Source: Octopus vulgaris (taxonomy: Eukaryota). From it: 64,000 bases of DNA. The notes under the pieces were generated by a model. That model was not told the DNA's origin. It saw only the letters and a list, made by a program, of their open reading frames with translations, and did not search any database. The DNA is taken from the NCBI GenBank assembly GCA_951406725.2, contig OX597814.1, forward strand, positions 44,454,001 to 44,518,000, given 5' to 3'. Positions 38,683 to 51,144 of the stretch are shown in pieces (the stretch's first letter is position 1; each line of letters opens with the position of its first letter). The position numbers and the translations under genes were made by a program.

Positions 38683-39007
38683 TGGAAAAGTCATTATACC
38701 AAAAATAATTGATTCGCGCACAGGTTTAATTCTACTCCTTTATTACTTTTCAGTTGGTTAAATATCTAACAGACTAACTACCCGTGACTCCTATACTCGC
38801 TTCAATGCCCGCTGAGTCAGTAGGGAGTCACAAGCCACTGAAAAGTTTGCGAACAACAACAAAAGAACTTTAACGGGCAAACAAACGACCGATTGATTGT
38901 TTAACAAATATATTAAGCAAGAAATCGATTAGTTAGTTGGTTAGATATTTAACCGACTGGATTAAACCAGTGCGTGTGTTATTATTATTGGCGTAATAAC
39001 TTTGCCA
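38683..39007. repeat. Foldback/MITE-like inverted-repeat structure
   Basis: Three matching inverted blocks: TGGAAAAGTCATTAT/GTAATAACTTTTGCCA, CGCACAGGTTTAAT/ATTAAACCAGTGCG, AGTTGGTTAAATATCTAAC/GTTAGATATTTAACCGACT; inner GTGACTCC/GGAGTCAC hairpin. Confidence 0.6.
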
Positions 39008-39009
39008 CG

Positions 39010-39458
39010 ACACCCACATCTTTACACCTACACATACATACACATATCGCATCACAACACGCCAGCCACACACCCATCCCCACATCTCCACACCCACACA
39101 TGCATACACACACACGTCCAGACCACCAGCCCTCTTTCACACGCACATACATACTCTCTTATACACACACGCACCTTTGTGCTGGAGGCATCTCCGTTTT
39201 GGAAGTCACTTGACCCTGTTATCTCCCCTGACCACTGTCCGAAGTCAGGACGCCATGATAGATCGTCAGCTCCTACACGCATTTTTTTTCTCTCCTTGTT
39301 TTTCTCCTTGTTTCTTTTCTGTGTATCTTTCTGTCGAAGAGCGTAGGGTCGAAACGTAAAAGACTTGTTCTATTTCTATTCCTGAGCGCCATACTAATAC
39401 ATTTGTTTGTTTGTACTCACCCTGCCTTCGTTTTTTGTTTATTTTCGTAAATCTTCCC

Positions 39459-39460
<2 letters not shown>
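39010..39460 (+). mobile_element. PLE pLTR-like end with minimal hammerhead-like motif (39326-39363)
   Basis: TCTTT-CTGTCGA-A-GAGC-GTAG-GGTC-GAAAC-GTA-AAAGA; flanks resemble 20640-20815. Confidence 0.65.
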
Positions 39461-39516
<56 letters not shown>

Positions 39517-39540
39517 AAAGAGAGCGAGAGGAAGGAGATG

Positions 39541-39626
<86 letters not shown>

Positions 39627-39849
39627 CATTCATCCTTACATGGTGCTAATTTGGAGAATTTATATTTAAAAAACACTTTTAAAATGAACACATTTACCGA
39701 GGGTGGACTATCGCTCTATCTTTCACTTTCAAAATCCCATGGCAAAACTAATTTATACACACTCACACACACACACACATACATATATATATATGTGTAT
39801 GCATGTATGTATGTATGTATGTATGTATGTATATGTATCATTCAATATG

Positions 39850-40055
39850 TCACCGCGTGTGTATCGTTGGCGATTTTTTTCTCCGTCTTCCCTTCCTTGG
39901 ATCTTTCCTTTTTCTATGTTTCTTACGAGATCTTCACCCGAAACTTTAAATCCTCCTTCTTTCTTTCCTTTCCTGGGCTTCCAATAAAACTATACTTGTT
40001 CCACGTCCTCGCGGCGTTGTGTTTTCGCTTTCTCCATGTTTGGATTAACTATATA
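39850..40055 (+). mobile_element. Another PLE pLTR-like end with decayed hammerhead (39919-39950)
   Basis: Same layout (pyrimidine tract, TTT-CTTACGA..GAAAC-TTT-AAA, TTCCTG.GC..AATA); core mutated. Confidence 0.45.
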
Positions 40056-40102
40056 TGTGTATATATAATTTATGTAACTAATAATATATCTATATATAAC
40101 TA

Positions 40103-40210
<108 letters not shown>

Positions 40211-40860
40211 TATATATATAAGTATATATTTCATATATTTTGATAAATTTTATGGAGAATACATCACACACACACTCATATACATATATAAAATGCATCT
40301 TTTGTAAAAGCTTGTCAACATTTATGAAATATTTCTTAGTGGAATTAGAATTTACAAATGTCAGAATCTTCACCGGAATATCTGCTTCCGTTCCCAAACC
40401 GTCAATTATTAGTTTTGCACTTCAACCTTATGTAGAATGAGAGATCTAGTGAGGATTAGTTTTCCATACTCATCTGCATATGAAATCTATTTAGATAAAG
40501 GGATCAGGTTCTTCCCCGTATAAAAAAAAATTTGGTACTTCGGTACCCCATTTTATCACTTTTAATTCATTTAGACTTATTTAGAACGGTCACTTATGCA
40601 TCATCAGAAAGCGTATAGCTTGATTTAAGATTTCTCCCCTGATGATCGTTTTAATTTAGACACAAATCCAGCAGTGGTGAAGGTAAGATTTGTAGTGGAT
40701 TACATCAATCACAATAATCACAAAACTTGATTGGTGATCTATATCACCCATGGAAGAATAAAAGACAAAATCTCGCCAAGATTTGAACAGGAACTAATAA
40801 ACCGGCAGTCTTACAATTTTCCTCTTATTAATAATGACAGCTGTAAATCTGATGCCTACA

Positions 40861-41068
40861 TTACTCTTTACTCTTTTACTTGTTTCAGTCATTTGACTAT
40901 GGCCATGCTAGAGCACCACCTTTAGTAGAGCAAATCGACCCCAGGACTTATTCTTTGTTAGGCTATTACTTATTCTATCGGTCAGTTTTGCCGAACCACT
41001 GAGTTACGGGGACGTAAACACACCCCCATCGGTTGTCAAGCGATGTTGGTGGGACAAACACAGACAAA

Positions 41069-41126
<58 letters not shown>

Positions 41127-41372
41127 ATACATATATACGTATGTATGTATATACATATATACGTATGTATGTATATACATATATACGTATGTATGTATAT
41201 ACATATATACGACGAGCTTCTTTCAGTTTCCATCTACCAAATCCACTCACAAGGCTTTGGTCGGCCCGAGGCTTTAGTAGAAGACACTTGCCCAAGGTGC
41301 CACGCAGTAGGACTGAACCCGGAACCATGTGGTTGGTAAGCAAGCTACTTACCACACAGCAACTCCTACGCC
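40861..41372 (-). mobile_element. SINE family A, full length, with internal 24-bp minisatellite
   Basis: A/B-box head, CORE-like segment, short-repeat tail; aligns with 8361-8855. Confidence 0.92.
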
Positions 41373-41660
41373 TAAAAATCTTCATATAAAATCTTCCATA
41401 AAAACTCAATATTTACACTAAAATATATGTACAAACTACCCTTGTGTAAGGATTAATATATTTGCTGTCAGTGGAGTTGCAAAACATGGGCATTTTGAAT
41501 TTTACGATAATCTAAGAGTTGGCATTTTTTAAGGGATTATAAAACTATATTAGATTTTCATAAAATCTTAAGACAGACTGTGGCTTATGTTACGGTAAAT
41601 ACAGGTTCATTAGAATTTCATCTATTATTAGTCTCTTTCTTTGAGGACTTCAATGAAAGC

Positions 41661-41915
41661 AATACCTATTTCTTTATTACCCACAAGGGGCTAAACACAG
41701 AGGGGACAAACAAGGATAGACATAGGTATTAAGTCGATTACATCGACCCCAGTGCGTAACTGGTACTTTATTTATCGACCCCGAAAGGATGAAAGGCAAA
41801 GTCGACCTCGGTGGAATTCGAACTCACAACGTAACGCAGACGAAATACCGCTAAGCATTTCGCCCGGCGTGCTAACGTTTCTGCCAGCTCGCCGCCTTTC
41901 TGCCAGCTCGCCGCC
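41661..41915 (-). mobile_element. SINE family B, full length, with 19-bp head duplication
   Basis: Reverse complement of 45354-45580; TTTCTGCCAGCTCGCCGCC present twice in tandem. Confidence 0.92.
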
Positions 41916-42974
41916 TTAAGAAAGTTGTGGCGAAATAGTCAGCAGAAGTTCGCCATTACCTTCTGCCGGAGCCGCGTGGAGCTTAGGTGTTTTCGCTCAT
42001 GAAACTAGTTGCTTGTATAAAAATTCTGGCTAATTTGCCTGCCTACGGTCTTATTTCCTTTCTTTTATGTTGTTCAACGTTTTCTGTCAGGAGAGTTTCC
42101 TTTGCCTCGTTTGTTCGTGTGGCTCTCTTGCCCTATCATGTCACCTACACGTCTGTACATATGCGATATATTTAATTTTCACCTCTAAATATGCACAGTC
42201 ATATAACCTACCGCATACATTAGTTATATTTACAGAAACTAGTCATTTCACGCCAAATTTATACCACCTCATCACCTAATGTCGTTCCTAAACCAATTAA
42301 ACATGTCTCTAAACAGACCGTCTATAACTGTCCATTAAACTCAAATAAATATATTATTACGAAGTAAGTTCTACATATTTTAAAATTGTATTACAAATTC
42401 TATCCGGAAATGGATATATATGTGAACGTTTTTAAGTCACTTCCTAGCAGCGTGTCATCATCTTATTTAATACAGAATAAATAGACGGCATGTATCCCCC
42501 ACCGTCATTATTGTGTTCATGACCTTTCGTATTTCTGGTCAACATTTTTTTCCCCCTTTTCTATATTTCCAAAGAAACATCTGTGGTTATGTGTATTATT
42601 GCTCCAATATGTTCATTGTCTATAAAAAGGATTTACTTTTAAGTATATTCGCAGATTTTATCATTACAAGCAATTTAAAATCAGGCTATTGAATTATATT
42701 TCATAAAGTTAGATGGTGCAGCATTAATATGTATTCTCAAATATAGCTTTATGTGATGGTTGCCGGAAGTATCTAAAAATATCAATACTTAAAGTTATAT
42801 AGTTATATTATTAGTGTCTAAAAATGACATAAAAATGAGTTATATAGATACAATCGCTCAATGGTTTTTCTTTCATTTTTTTTTGTTCTTATGGCTGGAG
42901 ATTCATTCCTGGAAATGAATATTGATATTTATAATATATAAATGTGTATGTGTGTCGTGTGTTTGTGTACGAAT

Positions 42975-43026
<52 letters not shown>

Positions 43027-43937
43027 TTACACAAAAGTATATTTTTAAGTATATTTATGCTGTATGTATATATGTACATGTATATATATGAGTGTTTGTG
43101 TGAGCGCGTTTGTGTATATGTGTGTGCGTGTGCGAATGTGTGTATGTGTGTAGGTATGTGTGTGAGCGCGTTTGTGTATTTGTATGCGCGCGTTTCGTGT
43201 GTGTGCGTGTTTGTGGTGCTGTGTGTGTGCATGTGTATGTGTTTGTGTGGGTGTAAGATTCGAAATATCTCTGAGATTGTAATATTGAAAAATTCTTGTT
43301 TTTTTTTATATCACGAAGCCTTGAATGTTTTATCTGCTTGCGTATCTGGAATATCTTCCTATGTAGCAGCATAAAATAATGTAAAAATATTGCATATAAA
43401 TAATATCTGTAAATTCTTTCAAGTAATTTCTCCATATTTCCTTCCACATTTAATCGTTGAAGCGAAGTAACTTATCTATCCGAAAAAGGAGTTAACCGTT
43501 ATAGTGGAGGGAAATATGCGGTCTACTCAAGTTACGATAATTTCTCTGCATCTGATAGATCGTCTAAACATGTATAAGAAAAGGCGAATGTTAATGATTC
43601 GGGTCTACTGAGGCATTTTAGCATGCATGAGGGCTTAAAGAGTAGGTATATCAGTTGTTGGAATTTCATGGAAATAGAAAATCCCGACAGAAAACTGCGA
43701 AAGGTGTGTGGCAGAACATAACAATCGAAAATTCTACTTTTCCGAGTGTGCTTTCGCCACGCTCAATATAGCTTTATATTCTTCTAAGAATACGTAAGAA
43801 CTAGAAATTCGCTCCTGTGCTTTTAATGTAAATGCTCGCATACATTATTACGCCCGGAAATTTACAGCAGGTTTAGTGATGCAACGACAATCTTTCTCTC
43901 TCTCTCTCTCACAAACATTGTCTCTCTCTTTTTCACT

Positions 43938-44049
<112 letters not shown>

Positions 44050-45353
44050 TAATTAAAGAAATTACAAGGGAACAAGGACTTGTGTAATGAACTTCAAATT
44101 ATATATCATAAATATTTTCTTTAGAATATCATTCCGGTAATGTTTAATATGAACACTGATTTGAAGAAGATAAAATGTGAAAGAGTCATCATGATAAAGT
44201 TATTCATTTGCCAATTTAAATCAACTAATAAAGGTATTTGTATACAAGTTTTAAGGCATATTCATCTCTACTGCTACACACATCTCAGTAATATTTTATA
44301 TAATTTAGCTACATACGAAGCATATGAAATCAAATAACCTCGATTTACTCAACCAGTTGTAACATGCAAACACGTGACCAATTAGAAATATTTGTTGCGA
44401 TTAGCTTCAAAATTTAATTTCAGCCGTAATTCTGATTATAAGTTGTATATCAAATCTTCCAGTAATATTTGGTTGTTGTCTTTTTCCTTCGTACATAAAG
44501 ACGGTGATATAGCAATGAAAACAATATGATATTACAGTTGAAAACAACTTCAAGGACAATGAAAATAATACTGTGTGTACATGTGTCTTTTTTTTTTTTT
44601 TTACTATACATGCAATTGTAGTGAGATTTCCCAATCGTAAAATAAAATGATGTCGACGTTTTAAGCAATTTACCTTAACAAAATTTGATTAGCATAAACT
44701 GAATAGGCGATCTGAAAATTTTGAATATTTATCCTTTAAAATAATTTTCGAAAAAATTATCATTTAGTAGCATTACATCTTGGTAAACAAAGTGAAGCAT
44801 TTATAAATGTCAAGCATATTCAATTTACTGTTCTTAGAGAGAAATGTAACGTTTCACTTTACATGATGCGGGATTTCCCTTAGATTTTGAGAATGTGTCC
44901 TTAAATTCAATTACATAAATTTTATGGACAGAAAACGATTTGGCTGAAAACTATGTGGACATGTTTCCCTGTGTATGAAGTATAGATAGACACGCTAGGA
45001 GAAATTGAGATTCAAAAATTAAAACCTATATTTTCGATAGCAGACTCTGGCAAAATTATATTGAACTTGATCCAACCAAATAATAAACGACCTAATCAAA
45101 CTCTCAGAGACAGGACAGAATGACCGATGATAGCTTTATATAATCGGACTCTGATAAGGAATGTTACGCTAGTGACCTTTAATAATTATTGAAAGCTATT
45201 AATATTTGATATTTAATTCATTGACACTTGCAGTTATACTATTAAATCCTCATAATCCTTTATAACTTTATCGCAAGATGACATTATCTGTTGTTCGTCC
45301 TGTTGCCTCTGTCGCACCTAGTGGAAATCCAAATCCAGATGATAATTTTAGTA

Positions 45354-45580
45354 GGCGAGCTGGCAGAAACGTTAGCACGCCGGCGAAATGCGTAGCCGTA
45401 TTTCGTCTGCCGTTACGTTCTGAGTTCAAATTCCGCAGAGGTCGACTATGCCTTTCATCCTTTCGGGGTCGATTAAATAAGTGCCAGTTACGCACTGGGG
45501 TCGATATAATCGACTTAATCCGTTTGTCTATCCTTCTTTGTCCTCTCTATGTTTAGCCCCGTGTGGGTAGTAAAGAAATA
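45354..45580 (+). mobile_element. SINE family B, full length, with TSD
   Basis: GGCGAGCTGGCAGAAACG (A box)..GAGTTCAAATTCC (B box)..CCTTTCATCCTTTCGGGGTCGA; GATAATTT(T/C)AGTAGGC repeated at 45341 and 45581. Confidence 0.92.
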
Positions 45581-47214
45581 GATAATTTCAGTAGGCTATA
45601 GTTTAGAAGGTATTATTATAGGCAAGAAATATCCCTACTAACACCAGTATTTCACACGAATCTTTGAAATGTTTCCTTGTTTTTTTTACACATTCCTTTT
45701 GCACAAACTTCTTTAACATATTTATTTGATTTTATTTCGGTCTTAATGGATTCGATAGATTTATTGTCATTGTGTCTATTTCAGTTTGTTTTTATATAGT
45801 CTTAATTTTGTATAATGAATCACTTTTCTGTGTACAGTACTATAATATTTGAATAATGCATTTTGGTACATAAAATCCTGAGAATATCCATTCAAGAACA
45901 TTTCTGTGTCTCAGTTGCGTTAATATATTACACTTGCTAATGTACATAATATGTTACTCCGATATGTTAGTTCCATAAATAATTTTAACGTTGAGATTCC
46001 ATATAAAATCTCAGTATCTGTATATTTCATGCACATCAACCAAGAACAAATCACTCCGTCCCAATGTACGTTTATGAAAAAATTTTAAGCTAGGAAATGT
46101 CAGGTAATGACGACTTCATTATACAGTGTATTCGTTGCTTATGGTTGTGAGTTATATGCAGCTGGACTCAAATAACCGAAAGTTATGACGTAACTGCAGA
46201 TACCGCGTAACATCGGTGAGATGGGCAGAATGATAATGTTAGCAAGCCTTAGCTCTTAGATTTTAAAATTGAAACAGTACGGATTCTTAAAGTAACATAT
46301 TATAGAAGGCAAATATAATAAATAAATAATAAATTAACTTGAATGCCAGCTAAATATAATTTGTGAGCGTGTCTACGCGCGTGTGTGTGTGTGTGTGTAT
46401 ATGTAATTTGTGTAGTTGTGTGTGTTATGTTTGCATATTTCATTTGTGTTGCTGTGTGTGTACGTGTGTGCCCGTGCACGTGTATCGTTGTGTGTTTGTA
46501 CTGCACTCAACTGAGATGAATAACTAAAGGACACACTAACCTTCACATCAGCACTATCGTTTTAGATAAATAATGCAGAGTTTTAGATAAATAACGCTAG
46601 CTTATGATATTGGGAGATTACGAAAAATTATATCAAAATAAACAGTATGATTTACAAGAATAAACCGGGGCATATATCGAACAAATTCATTTCATTATTG
46701 GACATATAATTTGCAGTAAATATTTAACCAATAATTAAATTTTCAGGCTCAATCGATAAATGTGTGTAATCTTAGGATTCAATTATGTCACGTGGCATTC
46801 CCACGGTGATTTTAGTCGAGTGTCTTTCAATTTAATTATTTGAAAATCAATTCAAATATTCTTTAACTAGGAGGCCATATTGTGAAAGAAGTTGGAATAT
46901 TAAAACACATATTCAGTATTAAATTTAGAAGTTGTGTATGTATTTGCATATTCATATAATAAATTCAATAATACACCTTAAAATATTACAGATGATCATA
47001 ACGCCAGTGGCATGTCTCTCTATCCTCAAGGAAGACATTCGATTCAGCATGTCTTATCTACGTAACATGAAATAAGTGCCAAGAGCAGGACTTTCTGCTA
47101 TAGTTTATCCAACTGAATGAATAATTTATGAGTGAATGTAGTTTCTATTGAATCACTTTTTCACAGTTCAAACGTCGTGAGATCGAAGCAATAAGGAAAT
47201 GTTAGTGGGACTGA

Positions 47215-47365
47215 GTGATCCGCTAGATATGACAGCTAAATCACGCCCGAATCTCACTTGACTGTCTTCAAGAAAGGAACATGCATTGGGCAATGTTAAT
47301 ATTTCGTATACTATATCTGAATAAAATACAGGATTATCAACGATAAGATGTATTTTCCCATAACT
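47215..47365 (+). repeat. Old interspersed repeat (SINE-tail-like), several decayed copies
   Basis: Motif GCTAGA(A/T)AT..CAGCTAAAT..AAATCAC recurs at ~18550, 32448, 47222 and 63311. Confidence 0.5.
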
Positions 47366-49571
47366 ATGTTCGATCAGGTTTACCTGTGGATAAACAACAG
47401 CAATAAATGAACAGATTGACGTTTATCTGCAATAATTTACAGTGTATCACGTATTTCTTATTTGTGTATTGAAAGTTAATCCAGAATCTAGCGAACCAGA
47501 AGGAACTGGATAATATAAACACATTCATCCACATACATGAACACATACACATGCAAAACAAATGATATTCAGCTGGCACTCGGGTTAATCTAATAATACA
47601 CTTCGTATTGATGCTCACATACACCTTCACATATTACTTAGACGCACATCAGTAATCACACAAAAATAAACATAGAACTAAGTATAAAAATAACTGTGTG
47701 TGCTCTTTCTTCTTGTCTTCCTGACTTCTTCCTGTAACTCTCTCACGAAATGTTTCCTACCGATATTTGAGGAAAAAGTTGATTCAATCCTGACATCCAG
47801 CAAAGCTAATTGTGAATCAAATTATTATATGATTATACGTTTTCCCGCTATGAGAATTAAAGTTATACATTGATCATTATTTAGCTCGAGATCGAGAGTA
47901 TAAAAAAAAAAACAGGGTCTCTGTGGTTTGTCCCAAATCGTCACGTGTAAACTAATTACACGTTAAACTTTCGACTGGAATGCTGGCCCACAGGAGTACT
48001 GATCTTATAAGGAACAATTAGTATAGATTTAGGGCAACGAAATAGGATGATGAGTTGGGTGGCTGCATTGGTTAGACATGGATGAGAGCCGTGCACTTTC
48101 TAGTTTAGTGAAGCAGTGTTATGTATTTGTGTATCAGTTTGTTAGAGATAAATTTGTGTATCAGTTTGTTAGAGATAAACCAATTTTCTCACGGTAAGCT
48201 TAATTGTAAAATGGAAAACCTAATCTTTCGGTGATAGACTTAATCCGTTGCCTGGTTTAAGACCATTATCTAGTAACTTGAATCCGTGAAGCAGAGTCCA
48301 ATCTGTTGCAATCAATTAGATCATACCTTCCATTTGAGTAAATTGAGATCTACCTACCCCAGTCATGGTGAGCTGTAGAGAGCAATGAATACGGCATTAC
48401 CTCCTGACTAAATGATTAAAAATAACTCACTTGAGATTTGCAGAGTTTAGCTTTTTCTTTAACCGTAAATGCTATGAGACGCAAAAGAAAAATCCCATGA
48501 ACCTTGGTCAGCAGTTATAGATATGTACGGCAGGATCACCATGACAAATTATCTGCATTTGGGTGCCTTAGTATGTGCCTTATCTGCATTTGGGTGCATT
48601 ATTTGTATTCAATGAAGAGGGTCAGCGTAGTTTTGAAAAGAATTTCCTTCGTATATAGTAACTGAGTTCCTGTAATATTGAGACTATCTTTTGCATACAA
48701 TCACACAACCTAAAGAACCCATGCCAAACCTACACTAAACTCATCAATAGGAATGTTCAGATCATTCCCCAACGGTGGTATAATAAACACATATATCTTT
48801 TAAGAGTATAAAATCCATTTCCAATTTCTAAGAATCAATCTTGTTATTCACGCTCTCAAGTCAACGATAAAATTACAGCTAACGCTCTATACAAGGGCCA
48901 TAGTCTTTCATGATATTTTCTGGTAATCTCACATTCACAAAATTACAAAAGATGTATTCTAGAGGATATCATTCGCATTTAGGGTCACAAAATATCTCAG
49001 CTGCATACACACCTCAATGTTCAAGTGAGATGCACACAAAAACCTTGCTTCCATATCTGCGACTATGTTCCTATAAGACAGACAAACATTCGCACTATCA
49101 CACTTGCACCAAAAGAAGGATATCCGACTAAGTGGCTTACACTCATATACAAAATAATTGCAACATATAGCAAGCAGAGGTGCTCATTGCTCCTATTGTG
49201 CGACAACGTCCCCTAGATCCAATAGACTCAGCAGGCATTGATCTTACCACCATCCATATTTTATGTTACTTTCTCACTCACACCATCATCTGTCTAGAAT
49301 CAGTCACACCCTTTATTAACAAATATTCAAATTAAATATAAATCGTATCAATGTATTGATGGAACAATAAAACGTATGGTCAACCCTACAGCATCCTACC
49401 CCATACACGTATACGTAGGTGTGTGTGTGTGTGTCTGTATTATATATATACATCTATATGTTGTGTGTATGTTTGGATGTATATATATATGTATGTATGT
49501 TTGTATGTATGCATGTATTTATGTATGTATGTATGTATGTATGTATGTATGTATATGTATGTATGTATGTA

Positions 49572-51065
49572 TCCCTTCTAAGCACTGTTGGAAAGACCTT
49601 TGCCCGCGTTATCCTGGCCAGGCTACAACTACTTGCTTCTCGAATCTATCCGGAATCGCAGTGTGGCTTTAGAAGAAGCAGATCAACTATCGATATGATA
49701 TTCTCCATACGCCAACTTCATGAGAAGTCCAGAGAGCAGAAAATGCCATTATATATGGCCTTCATTGATCTAACAAAGGCTTTTGACTCGGTAAGCAGAA
49801 CAGGCCTCTTCCACCTGCTCCAAAAAATCGGATGTCCACCAAAGCTGCTGAGGATCATCAAGTCTTTCCATGATGACATGCAAGGCACCATACAGCACAA
49901 CGGTTCAACATCAGTCGCCTTCCAAATAAAAAACGGGGTAAAGCAAGGCTGTGTCCTCGCTCCTACATTGTTTGGCATCTTCTTCTCACTCTTGCTGTCA
50001 CATGCCTTTCAGACATCAGATGATGGAGTGTTTCTGCACAGTAGAAGTGACGGGAAACTGTTCAATCTCTCGCGCCTGCGTGCCAAGACCAAAATCAGAA
50101 ACGTCCTGATCAAGGAGATGTTATTTGCTGATGATGCCGCTCTGGTAACACACACAGAAGAAGCCCTCCAAAGGCTCATTAACTGTTTTGAGCAAGCATG
50201 TAACGACTTTGGCTTAGCTATCAGCCTTAAGAAGACCAACATCATGGGCCAGGCTACATCGGACATCCCAAACATACATATTGGAGACCACAGATTACAA
50301 GAGGTGGAGAAGTTTACCTATCTGGGCTCTACCGTCACCTACAACCTATCCCTTGACGCTGAGCTCAATATACGCATTGGCAAGGCAGCTGCTGCGATGG
50401 CCCAACTCTCCAAACGGGCTTGGGACAACAATAAGCTGACCAAGACCACAAAAATGAAGATCTACCAGGCATGTGTACTCAGCACTCTACTGTATGGAAG
50501 CGAGACCTGGACGCTATACACACGCCAAGAGCGTCGCCTAAACATCTTTCACCTGCGCTGCCTCCGAAAAATCCTCCACATCAAATGGCAGAATCATATC
50601 CCCAACAAAGATGTCCTCAGGCAAGCAGGAATACCAAGCATGTTTGCACTCCTCACACAAAGATGTATGAGATGGCTTGGGCATGTTAGCCGTATGAAAG
50701 ATGGCAGAATCCCCAAGGACATACTCTACGGAGAGCTTGCTAGGGGTACTAGGTCTGTGGGTAGACCGATCTTACGATTTAAGGATGTTTGCAAAAGGGA
50801 TATGAAGGCCTGCAACATCAACATTAGCGGTTGGGAGGCAGTCGCCGGCAACCGTGGAGAATGGCGACGTACAGTAAAAGAGGGTATACAGAGGAGTGAC
50901 AGAAAGAGAGAGGAGAAATGGAAAGAAAGGAAGAGACATAAACAAGAGACCATGGCACTACAACCAGCCAGGAACAGTCTTCGCTACATTTGCAGTACCT
51001 GCCAGAGGGAGTGTTTGTCCAGGATAGGACTACACAGCCACAGCAAGAAATGTAACAGGAAATAA
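49572..51065 (+). CDS. RTE reverse transcriptase + C-terminal zinc finger (N-terminally truncated, no endonuclease, no true start codon)
   Basis: SLLSTVGK, PESQCGFR, FIDLTKAFD, GVKQGCVLAPTLF, LFADD, FTYLGS, LLYGSETW, PKDILYGEL, CSTCQRECLSRIGLHSH; about 497 codons with no stop. Confidence 0.93.
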   Translation, partial: SLLSTVGKTFARVILARLQLLASRIYPESQCGFRRSRSTIDMIFSIRQLHEKSREQKMPLYMAFIDLTKAFDSVSRTGLFHLLQKIGCPPKLLRIIKSFHDDMQGTIQHNGSTSVAFQIKNGVKQGCVLAPTLFGIFFSLLLSHAFQTSDDGVFLHSRSDGKLFNLSRLRAKTKIRNVLIKEMLFADDAALVTHTEEALQRLINCFEQACNDFGLAISLKKTNIMGQATSDIPNIHIGDHRLQEVEKFTYLGSTVTYNLSLDAELNIRIGKAAAAMAQLSKRAWDNNKLTKTTKMKIYQACVLSTLLYGSETWTLYTRQERRLNIFHLRCLRKILHIKWQNHIPNKDVLRQAGIPSMFALLTQRCMRWLGHVSRMKDGRIPKDILYGELARGTRSVGRPILRFKDVCKRDMKACNINISGWEAVAGNRGEWRRTVKEGIQRSDRKREEKWKERKRHKQETMALQPARNSLRYICSTCQRECLSRIGLHSHSKKCNRK

Positions 51066-51144
51066 AATATAACAGCCGGACTAGACCTTAAAAAAAAAAA
51101 AAAATGCGCAACTCCATTGTCTCCCGAGACAGAAAGGATGCCAA
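49572..51144 (+). mobile_element. Young 5'-truncated RTE-clade (BovB-like) LINE inserted in a (TATG)n array
   Basis: Sharp GC shift; open RT reading frame; 3' UTR with TGTCT-CCCG-AGACA stem-loop and AAGGATGCCAA end; (TATG)n on both sides. Confidence 0.95.

Noticed and set aside
48240-48700. Possible LINE endonuclease relic with duplicated TTATCTGCATTTGGGTGC
   Set aside because: Too degraded to assign; only the 18-bp duplication is certain.
49419-49571. N-terminal MCVCV..YVCM part of the 548-aa ORF
   Set aside because: It is (TG)n/(TATG)n sequence in frame by chance; RT homology starts at 49572.
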